Positions 53,045 to 64,000 of a stretch of 64,000 nt of DNA are shown piece after piece. This DNA is from Octopus bimaculoides. Taxonomy: Eukaryota. The position numbers were made by a program, and so were the translations under genes. Location of the stretch: NCBI RefSeq assembly GCF_001194135.2, contig NC_068992.1:53126780-53190779 (forward strand), written 5' to 3'. Each line of letters begins with the position of its first letter. Position 1 is the first letter of the stretch. The notes under the pieces are model-generated. The model was not told the origin of the DNA. It worked only from the letters and a program-made list of their open reading frames with translations, and made no database searches.

Positions 53045-53939
53045 TACGCTTTATTCTAGTTATCTCTATTTGCTAATCATCTCTTTATTATAATTTCATT
53101 CGGAAATGCATTATCATGTGCCAGGACTGATATGTTCGTTAGATAATAATTCATTTGCTGGAGTTTCTTGAAAACAAGAATTGGCCGATCAAAACATAAC
53201 TCCCAAATGTACTGGTTACCAGGAATTATCTGCAAATTGTGCTAACACTTTTATTAGAATTTCAAAATTTTTTTATCTGAGTGCCAAAAATTGCAGATTC
53301 TCACGAATGATAGACAGAAAATTTTACTGCCGTAGAATTGGATGGTAGAACTTCTTTAATTTCATCTCTAACACTAATAATTTTTTCATGGAAATCTGAA
53401 CGATCAGAAGCAAGTTGTATTCCGTAAAACATAAAGTAAAACCCTACACCTACGGTACGAAATAATACAATATACATTTTCCTATATATATATATATATA
53501 TATNNNNNNNNNNNNNNNNNNNNNNNNNNNNNNNNNNNNNNNNNNNNNNNNNNNNNNNNNNNNNNNNNNNNNNNNNNNNNNNNNNNNNNNNNNNNNNNNN
53601 NNNNNNNNNNNNNNNNNNNNNNNNNNNNNNNNNNNNNNNNNNNNNNNNNNNNNNNNNNNNNNNNNNNNNNNNNNNNNNNNNNNNNNNNNNNNNNNNNNNN
53701 NNNNNNNNNNNNNNNNNNNNNNNNNNNNNNNNNNNNNNNNNNNNNNNNNNNNNNNNNNNNNNNNNNNNNNNNNNNNNNNNNNNNNNNNNNNNNNNNNNNN
53801 NNNNNNNNNNNNNNNNNNNNNNNNNNNNNNNNNNNNNNNNNNNNNNNNNNNNNNNNNNNNNNNNNNNNNNNNNNNNNNNNNNNNNNNNNNNNNNNNNNNN
53901 NNNNNNNNNNNNNNNNNNNNNNNNNNNNNNNNNNNNNNN

Positions 53940-53984
<45 letters not shown>

Positions 53985-54010
53985 TCATATATTCTGAGAT
54001 AATAAAGAAG

Positions 54011-54212
54011 AGAGGTGGCAGTATCATTAACACGCCGGTATCAACGCTTAACTGCATTTCTTTCTGAGTTCGAATCAGTGAGGTTGACTTTGCACTTTAT
54101 CATTTCAGGCTCGCTAATATAAGTGCCAGTTGAACACAGGAGTCAATTTAATCGACTTTCTCCCTCACACGAAATTGCTGTTCCCTTGCCAAAATCCCAA
54201 AACCAATATATT
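54011..54212 (+). mobile_element. SINE family B, degenerate
   Basis: GGTGGCAGTATCATTAACACGCCGG...TTCTGAGTTCGAATC...GAGGTTGACTTTGC...AAGTGCCAGTTGA. Confidence 0.8.
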
Positions 54213-56404
54213 TTGATATATTATATCTTGATTCTATCTAATACACCCTCGACAATATGTCTCCACCTAAACGCATCTATGTTTTTTTTTTTTATCAAAG
54301 AACTGAAAACTTCAAAATCTAAATACTTATAGAATCAGGCACTGCCTTATGCAAATAGGTACATTGAGATATGCAATATATGGTAAAAGTTGATGTAGCT
54401 TATTAAAAGATATTAAAGAAATATTCAAAAGGGTGGTTCACCGTTTGAGACGTAAAATATCAAGGTAAGCTTGTAAGTTCTCACTTCTCTCAGAGTACAC
54501 GTAGGTTCAAACTATATTAACTGCATTTGCTTATCTTAGGTATTTTTAATGTCAAAATACTCTGTGTAATGTTCTGGAGTACCTTCGTATAAGTTTTATC
54601 TGTCAGTTTTAGCCCCAAAATATCCAAAGTTTAATTGCTGATTTTATAGTCTAGCGTTCTCACACACACGCAAATTGTGTATTAGTGTATGAAATTAGTG
54701 AAATACTTTTGCCGCTGACCGTCAATGGAATTAATTCAGACAGATGGAAAATAATATTCTGTTCTTCAACTTAGCCTCATTCTGCGGGCAGAATATGCTG
54801 ATTTATGTCATAGCTAATTATACTCAATATTTGTGACAGTTCCAATTTATCTAAATGATGAATTACTTTAAAATCACTTGTATGGCAAGTTCTGTTTAAA
54901 CGGGTGTTTGAAAGCCAAAATAACGGAGTTAAAAATATAATCGGAAAAAATTGTTGGTCAAAAACTCATTTGTTTTCTACACTAAGAAATTTATTTTTGG
55001 AATTCTAAATTGTAAAATAATATCAAATTTATTTAGTTTTTGAAATGCTAAAACAATAAAAGCTCAAGGTTTCTGGAAGAAAATCAAATATCTGTATTTA
55101 TGGACACATATGGAAATATAAATTGGAAAATAAATTTGTTTTAAAATATTTCACATTGAACAAATTATTTTGACTTATATTAATTATTTCTGACGAGGAT
55201 GTAGGCTTACGTTTGTTGAGTAGTGTGTGTGAACAAAGGGATCGATTCCACTAAAAAATTGCAGATATTTATGTCGAAGTAAAGAGATATTAAGCACACA
55301 TGATAATATAAAACACAGTGGAACACATGTTTAAAGGTATTCCAATCTTAGTCACTCTTCTGATTTTGACATAACTTGGGATTAACATTAATGAAGGTAT
55401 ATGAAAACTTGCAGTTTTGAGTTCAAATGTTGCATTAGATCGAATTTTTATGTATCATTTCTCGAGCGATGTGCCGATTCAGCAAATCAATAATTTACTA
55501 ATGATAGTAGTGGTGATTACTAAGATAAAGAAATTCCCGTCAAGGCCTAATTGCTCAATTTACTTTTGTTCTTCGCATTTCAGATTTAAGGATTTATTTG
55601 GCTCTAATTTGTATTTCCTCGTTTCTGGTTCAGTAAAATACGTATCAATACAACTATGGTTGAATTAACTACACGTCTCACTTAACTTTATCTCAACCTG
55701 ATAAGAATTGGATTTTTGCCGAGTCAAATACAATCAGTATATCAAATATATTCCCTCGGGAGTGGAAAGATGACGGCTTAAATAATTGTATTATATTTAA
55801 GCACCTCTTAGTCTCGCATTAGCTTTCTTTTTCCTCTGGTTCGATAAAAACAATCCAATATTCTACTACTGGAATAGAATCAAGTTTTGTTTCAAAATTG
55901 GTTTCGTTTAAGAGGGAGCTGAATGCTATAAAGTTTGTATCTTCGCCAGTTCATGACCATTACACCAACGACTGCAAATATATATCGTAAACTCTAAAAC
56001 TTCTCACACTGAATCAAGGATCTCTTGTGTGGAGTTTGCCATAAAGTGTTAAATATATGTTAACTAAACATTCTGAGCATTTTAACTGATAAATTGTTAA
56101 TACTAATATTAAATAAATATATAATCGTGATTAACACCAAACACAGAGACAGAAATTTAGGAGTGTAACTCCGTAGATTATATTGACTCCACTAGAAAGA
56201 AATAATCTATTTTATTGAACTACTCCGATAGATGAAAGTTAAACATGAACTAGGCCAGATTTTAACGGATTATTATCTTTTGTTAGTATACGGGTCAAGT
56301 CAATTGTTTGCGAACATTGTCATCGTCAACACAATAGTTAAGCGGCTTACAAAGGTTTAAGACCGATGTGTTTGATCTCGACTGAGTTAACAATTTCAAT
56401 GTAA

Positions 56405-56497
56405 GATCCTGGCAAATATACCGAAAGAACATTTTGCCCGATGTTCTAAGATTTCTGCCCCTAGCGATGACACCACCACATTTCTCTTCACACATCT

Positions 56498-56543
<46 letters not shown>

Positions 56544-56720
56544 ATTCTCTTTATCTTTCCCTTGCATTGACCAATTCATATCGTAATGAAATAGGTTAGT
56601 CGAAAGTATGGTTAGCGCGTCGGGAAAAATGTGTTGCGGAAATCCTGACGACTGTTTGTAATATAAGTTCATATCACGCTGGGGATAAGCTTGAATTTCA
56701 TCCTTTAAACTGATACAGTA
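56405..56720. mobile_element. Two very degenerate SINE family B heads in opposite orientation around a (CT)n tract
   Basis: Minus head ~56405-56478 (CATTTTGCCCGATGTTCTAAGATTTCTGCC) and plus head ~56595-56720 (GTTAGCGCGTCGGGAAAAATG). Confidence 0.45.
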
Positions 56721-57007
56721 AAAAGCTAGTCAAGGATTAAGGACAGAGTAACGTGCGTTAATTACTACTATGAAATCACGGTCTGATTTGTCATTTTTTT
56801 TAAAACCGATATTATACATGAAATTTATCGTTGTAAATCGAATCTTATTGCTAATCAAGAACGACGACTCAAAAGTATCAATCTTTATTGTGAAAAAATA
56901 CAAGTTCTTACATATATTGCTTGTCAGACAACAGCACGATTTATATATTAAACATTATAAAACATATATTAATTGAAGTATATAAAAACAGACAAAATAC
57001 AAATGCG

Positions 57008-57049
<42 letters not shown>

Positions 57050-57689
57050 NNNNNNNNNNNNNNNNNNNNNNNNNNNNNNNNNNNNNNNNNNNNNNNNNNN
57101 NNNNNNNNNNNNNNNNNNNNNNNNNNNNNNNNNNNNNNNNNNNNNNNNNNNNNNNNNNNNNNNNNNNNNNNNNNNNNNNNNNNNNNNNNNNNNNNNNNNN
57201 NNNNNNNNNNNNNNNNNNNNNNNNNNNNNNNNNNNNNNNNNNNNNNNNNNNNNNNNNNNNNNNNNNNNNNNNNNNNNNNNNNNNNNNNNNNNNNNNNNNN
57301 NNNNNNNNNNNNNNNNNNNNNNNNNNNNNNNNNNNNNNNNNNNNNNNNNNNNNNNNNNNNNNNNNNNNNNNNNNNNNNNNNNNNNNNNNNNNNNNNNNNN
57401 NNNNNNNNNNNNNNNNNNNNNNNNNNNNNNNNNNNNNNNNNNNNNNNNNNNNNNNNNNNNNNNNNNNNNNNNNNNNNNNNNNNNNNNNNNNNNNNNNNNN
57501 NNNNNNNNNNNNNNNNNNNNNNNNNNNNNNNNNNNNNNNNNNNNNNNNNNNNNNNNNNNNNNNNNNNNNNNNNNNNNNNNNNNNNNNNNNNNNNNNNNNN
57601 NNNNNNNNNNNNNNNNNNNNNNNNNNNNNNNNNNNNNNNNNNNNNNNNNNNNNNNNNNNNNNNNNNNNNNNNNNNNNNNNNNNNNNNNN

Positions 57690-57753
<64 letters not shown>

Positions 57754-58626
57754 AGAGGGAGAGAGAGAGTGAGAGGTAGAAAGACGAAGTGAGAGAAAAA
57801 GCGAAAGTGGGAGAGATGTGTACCTGTACGTATGTGACATTGCGGTTTTGTTTGTTCGAGGGTAAATATTAATATTTATGGATTAAAATGGATATCATTA
57901 TTTCCTCGATGCGTATTGGATTTTCAGAACAAAATAAAAAAATTAGTATCACGACAAAAAAGCCTACGCTTATGCATTCTTATATATATATATATATATA
58001 CAGTTATTTATAATCCTACACCAGAGGTATACAGTTTGTTTGCTTACACGTATGAGTATGATTGCTTGTATATATGAGTGTTAGCATATAAATACCAATA
58101 TATGCATACCCGCTGCACAAAAAACATTGAAATATCTGTACTCACAAATATTTAAATCCGATGCATTCTTATGCGTGTACGAATATGTTTGCGGCATAAT
58201 CACTAAATACTTAAGCTTTCTTACAATGCAAAGATACTGAACAATAAAACTAGCAAAAGACACAAAAATTATCGTCTTCCAATATTTTATCTTAGCTGCG
58301 TGATAAGAATAAACATTTTTTAATAAATATTTTTAAAATCTCCAGCTTCCGTGACATTCTTTATTTTTTTTATATTTTCAATATGCCTCAGTAATTTTCT
58401 CATGCTGCAATTCTTTAATTTCTGTTGGAATTTTCAAATGAGTGCAAGGTTTTCACAATTCCTTGCAATTTTATGGAAGATGCTTCCAGTTGATAACTAA
58501 ATTCTTAGAGACGATATCCAGGGAAGATATTTAAATCTAGAAATCACGCAAGCACGAACATTATATATAGATCTATATATACATATTTGTATATATATAC
58601 ACTCATTCCACACATGTCTATGTATA

Positions 58627-58665
<39 letters not shown>

Positions 58666-58879
58666 NNNNNNNNNNNNNNNNNNNNNNNNNNNNNNNNNNN
58701 NNNNNNNNNNNNNNNNNNNNNNNNNNNNNNNNNNNNNNNNNNNNNNNNNNNNNNNNNNNNNNNNNNNNNNNNNNNNNNNNNNNNNNNNNNNNNNNNNNNN
58801 NNNNNNNNNNNNNNNNNNNNNNNNNNNNNNNNNNNNNNNNNNNNNNNNNNNNNNNNNNNNNNNNNNNNNNNNNNNNNNN

Positions 58880-58930
<51 letters not shown>

Positions 58931-58946
58931 TATGTATGTATGTATG

Positions 58947-58979
<33 letters not shown>

Positions 58980-59079
58980 GTATGTATACATATGTACATA
59001 TATTTACACGTACATATAGATACATATATTTGCATAAATATATACTCATACGAACATTTCTTTCCAGTCTTTCTTAGGA

Positions 59080-59780
59080 AGTGGGTTGACATTTTGCATG
59101 TGTGTATAACCATTTCGTTCTCGATTCCTGTAACTCTTCTATCAATCAGAGTTCTCCACATCTTTCTATCTGGTGCGAGATTTTCCCAGGCCCTGCTACA
59201 GATATGCGTATTTCTATGAGTTTCATGAAGAGTCTATTACATTAGTTTGGCTTGCACTTGGTACGTTTTCTTTGCCTCAATCTCATTAGACAACATAGAC
59301 TTTCGTATCCGTTTTTAGAAGAAAATAGAAGGTCACCAGGTTATCAAAGTTGATGGTCCATAAACATGAACCAGATGCACTTCATTTGCGTTAGCTCCAA
59401 CACTCTATTAACATCTTCCATGCATTTACCTCTATGTTTCAAATCAGTGTATATAACCCTCACGTTCTCAAATTCTTTGACATTTCTAGCAATTAGATTC
59501 TTCCACATCTCTGTATCTAATGCAAGACTTTCACAGGTGGTAGTAAGCATATTCATATTTTTCTGAGTTTCATCAATATTGTATTACACTAGGGTGGTTT
59601 GCACTGTTGATGTTTTCCTTGCCCCCAGCTCACCATACGACACCAATTTTCGTATACCTTTTGGAAGAAATTGGAAATATGTCCAGGCCATCTAAGTTGA
59701 TGTAATATAATCAGCTCCAGTACTCTCTTAACAGGAACACAATAAGTAGTAAAACGATGAAATAGTGGGAAGGACACAGA
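59080..59780 (-). mobile_element. RTE (BovB-like) LINE C-terminal relics, two tandem blocks
   Basis: ILHQLRWPGHIS (59777-59589 ORF), TCESLALDTEMWKNLIARNVKEFENVR (~59535-59450) and AWENLAPDRKMWRTLIDRRV (~59192-59130). Confidence 0.7.
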
Positions 59781-59914
59781 TAATAATATTCATAAATGTG
59801 ATAAATATGAAATGATGAGTAGAAGAGAGACAAGAACGAGAAAATGACGGAAGTATAGGAAAGTAATTAGAAAAATAGGAATGCGAAGTAGATGAAACAG
59901 ATAGTTTCTTCTAT

Positions 59915-60010
59915 CACTATCACCACCACCACCACTTCCACCACTACCACTACTACTGCTGGTGCTACTGCTGCTGCTACTACTAATCCTGCTACTGCTG
60001 CTACTACACT
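59915..60010. repeat. Mixed (CAC)/(ACT)/(GCT) trinucleotide repeat
   Basis: Direct reading. Confidence 0.9.
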
Positions 60011-61755
60011 TTCATCTGATTTATTATTACTGTCTTTATCTGATTTATTATTATTCTCTTCATTTGATCTTGTATTATTATCATCTATGTTCTGTTCACC
60101 ATTTCACTATTTTATTCCTTTTTTTTTGTTTACTTCATTCGTCCTCTCCATCTTAGGAATATACAACGCATGACATCACACCTTTTAATGTTAGTGATAA
60201 AGTGATACTTTAGTCTATAAAACAGAAAATATTACGTAACATTTCCCATCCAATTGTGCGTGCAGCGGCGTTAAAAACAGAATGTTACTCAAAAAAATTG
60301 TCACTGGTAATTAAAAATATGCTAAATTTCATGCTTTTGTTTTTAAATTTTGATTTGGATTTTTTTATTTTACACTTAATTAGAACCGCGTATTGGATTT
60401 ACCGCTCCTGTAACAGGAATTTATACACAAGCAGAATTTCGAAATTCGACAAGAAGATCAAGAGCGTATTTCCTATACATCTGTGTCAATATCGATATAA
60501 ATCAAGCAATATATATTTATGTAGATATACCTTCAAATATAGAGGCTCAAGAATAAAGATAGCAACAAACATTTGTGCTAGTAAATAAGCAAATGCAGAA
60601 ATATAAACAAACATATTCGGATATACAACCGAATAATTGCATGCACATGTCGAAAACCTATGCGCTCATAAACCCCTCTTAGTGTAAGTATAATTCATCA
60701 AACAAGGATTCGTAAACAATAGAACCCATAGTAGTACTCTATAAACAGCAGAATATAAAATGCATATTGTGTATCTTATTTATTTTCGCATGTTTCACGT
60801 ATTTTCAAGTCGATACAGTTTTGTATACAAAAAAAGTACAATGACACACGTAAAATCATTTCAGATACATTCTGGTGAGATATGAAATAACTGACGCCAT
60901 CAATGTCTATGGGTTTAAAATTGTGTCATTTAGACAATATGCTGATAAATATGCAGAAGCAATTAGCCATCCTTATAAAAAGTTGCATGTTATGCACCTT
61001 ATGCAAACAAGACCAACTCTGATTGCTGCCTGAGAAATGGAATATCATAGTGCGGAAGGAAATGGAAATGAATGATTGGAGGAAGGAAAACAAGCACAAT
61101 ATGGAACACTCTAACATGGCCTCGATGTGTGCGAATGGAAATTATTTTGGAATTTCCGACTAGCGAGTATTCGCAATTAAGTCCACCATCTTTCTTTTAA
61201 CATAAACAAAGAAAACATGAAACATCTGATAATCTGCTGGTACACGTTGCAATTACTCTTGATTAATTACAAGAGATTCCCTTTCCAAGCCTTTTTATAA
61301 TCAAGTACCTGACCAAATAATATCATTCAGCTCAAAGAAATATACAAAGAGAGTTTCATTTGTGGATTTTTGTCTTGACAATAGTGAATATTTTTTACTG
61401 TTACAATCGATATTACGGGAACGTTAGGACCGGAGAAAAACTCATGTCACACACAAACCTGAAACATTTCTAGCATAATCATATAATGAAGTCGTTTCTG
61501 TTTTTGCGAAAGAAAAATTATTATAAATTTATTGTGTTAGATATTTGTTCGTGTGTGTGTGTGTGTGTGCGTGTGTATGTGCTCGCGCGCGCGACTGTGA
61601 ACTCTTACAATAATGAATATTTCGACATAATTTGTAACAATAATTGATTAGTCAGCGAGTATAGGTACCTCGAGACTGTAACGGGAGATGCTTGGCGAAC
61701 TTCTCTTTCAGTAAAATCCACACCAAAACATAATTGAGCTTAACATGTCTTTAAC

Positions 61756-62777
61756 ATAGTAAGGTATATCCGAACAGTTTATAAAAATACTAGAGTAACA
61801 TAATTGGACTATTCTCACATTCAACAGCAACGGTATTAGAATACTGACATCAGGCTCCAATACAGAGTGCCACATTAAATCGTTTTTATATATGAGGTAA
61901 CTTATATGAAAGACACTCCATCTATGAAGATATTTTATATTGCACATATATACCTTGCATTTTCGATTTTACACATTCCAGGAAACATATTTCCGATAAT
62001 TTATGTAGATTTTAATCGGAGTTTCTACCCCCAGTCGTTGTAATATGTTCGAAGTATATTTGAAAATCTTCCAATATATACATCTTTCAGAGACCAAATC
62101 TGAAAGCAATAATCGAGTTGGCTCATGACCAACGCTTCCACTTAGTCAACATCAATTATGCTCTGTAAGCAAGAAAGTTTTCCAGTTTTGAAATATGTTT
62201 CCAATTGAAGAAATATGATTGCAGAATTTATTCCATAAGTGTCCTAACGATATCAGCTTCCTTTCTTTTTAGACTTTGACATTGTTTGTTATTCAACTGA
62301 ATCCATATTTATGTAACGAAAAGAGATTTCAGGTAGCGTAATGTTGTCAAGATTAAACAGTAAATTTATTGTTATATATGTCCATAAAATATTTGCCGAT
62401 AGACACCAGTCTCAAACAGCTTCATAAGAAAATCTCTTATAGAAAAACTGAAACTCATCAAAAACATCGTCATCTCACACCTATTCGAGAATTCAAGGTA
62501 TAAAAGCATATATAAATCCATGGAATTGATATTTTCTCTGAAAACATTGCTTTCGCGAGGCCCCTTATGTTAAAGCGCTATTATGGAGAGGAACGCTTAA
62601 AACACAACACTTACTCATATCGATGTATATTCGTTATTTGAACAGGATTTTACTTGTAAGAGATATATGACTTGAAACAGGTTCACATCGCATCTGCAGA
62701 CGTTGCTGTTGAATTTGAGAATAATCCAAGTATATCACTCTAGTATTTTTATAAACTGTTCGGATATACCTTACTAT
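61756..62777. mobile_element. ~1.02-kb non-autonomous DNA transposon-like element with 77-bp TIRs
   Basis: 61756-61832 and 62701-62777 are reverse complements at 72/77 positions. No recognisable internal ORF. Confidence 0.75.
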
Positions 62778-63363
62778 ATATACTTGCAATGCAATGTGTC
62801 TAACGTGCATTCAAATCAGCAACAAAAAAAAACAGGTAAAACTGGCTGCAGTCATATACTAAAATACATTCAATCAAATGACGTGGGCAAAGATTTCCCA
62901 AAATATTCCGTGTCATTTAATTGTGTTCTGCAATTTTGATTCATTTTCGTACAAAGATTGTTTTACATACATATTAATTAATCTCAGTGAATGTATCCGA
63001 CAGTATATTCTCAAATATCTAATTCACTCGTGTTTCGTTACTCGTTGAAATCTTTTTTTTTTTCCAATTAAGCAATTTCATTTGGTCAGTAAGTTTCTTG
63101 GTTGATAAATCAATGATTACAAGAAAATAGATTTTATTTTATATTTTAGTGTTATTACCGCTTTATCAATAGGATTTCTCACGTATGTACATGTACTTCC
63201 GTTGTATTCTGTATATGTGTATGTGTGCTTCAGATGTGTAATCCTAAATCATTCGGTGTATATAACTCTAGCTCATCCAAATCTATTTACGCATGTATAT
63301 ATGTGTATTTAATCTATCTACCTAATCTCTCTCTCCCTCCATCTCTCTCTCTCTCTCTCTCTC

Positions 63364-63410
<47 letters not shown>

Positions 63411-63496
63411 CACACGCATAAACACACTGTGCATACATTCATATTCATATACATATACACGTGTATGTATCTATGTAAATCTATAATATGTTTAAA

Positions 63497-63529
<33 letters not shown>

Positions 63530-63773
63530 ATGCATGTGTGGATGATGGACGTTTTAACTATAGAAGGAATAATTTTCTATATTTTACGTTTCTGTTATTG
63601 CTATTATTTTCATTAGGAAGTTTCTTTAATGAGGTTAAATCTTTGTTTGAGAGAAAGTCAAACAACACTGCTATTGATTTTCTATTTCTACTCAATTGGG
63701 AAAATGATCTCAGTAAGCACGTACTTCAAAACTGACACTAAACAACAAGTGCACAAACAACAAGAGTTAAAAA

Positions 63774-63778
<5 letters not shown>

Positions 63779-63815
<37 letters not shown>

Positions 63816-63936
63816 TAATGATAATAATAATAATAATGATAATAATAATAATAATAATAATTAATGATAATAATAATAATAATGATAATAATAATAATAA
63901 TAATAATAATAATTAATGATAATAATAATAATAATG

Positions 63937-63971
<35 letters not shown>

Positions 63972-64000
63972 TAATGATAATAATAATAATAATGATAATA
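63779..64000. repeat. (AAT)n satellite with higher-order TTAATGAT/GAT interruptions
   Basis: Direct reading. It continues past the window end. Confidence 0.97.

Overview
AT-rich, microsatellite-dense animal genomic DNA with 12 N-gaps (about 4 kb in total), most of them flanked by (TA)n. The two abundant tRNA-headed SINE families match those I recall from octopus genomes, so the source is probably a coleoid cephalopod (Octopus); this is inference. No complete protein-coding gene, rRNA, tRNA or CRISPR array can be supported. The ORF track is almost entirely microsatellite, N-gap or TE-derived. The window reads as a large intron or intergenic region full of old transposable elements. It holds about 20 SINE copies; LINE relics (RTE, R4/Dong, CR1/L2-like); a Ty3/Gypsy gag-RT relic; three mariner transposase relics and two Tc1/mariner MITEs; a hAT relic; a foldback MITE; and a ~1 kb element with 77-bp terminal inverted repeats. 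The most interesting signal is a type-I hammerhead-ribozyme-like motif at 13671-13754 with a palindromic helix III and an unusually long two-part helix II; it is cut off by an assembly gap. Secondary signals are a mariner MITE carrying a complete acceptor/donor pair, a 60-nt candidate exon resembling a C2H2 zinc-finger relic, inverted SINE pairs that could form dsRNA, and a minus-strand bias of LINEs. All of these were read by eye. Coordinates of degenerate elements are approximate and no database searches were run.
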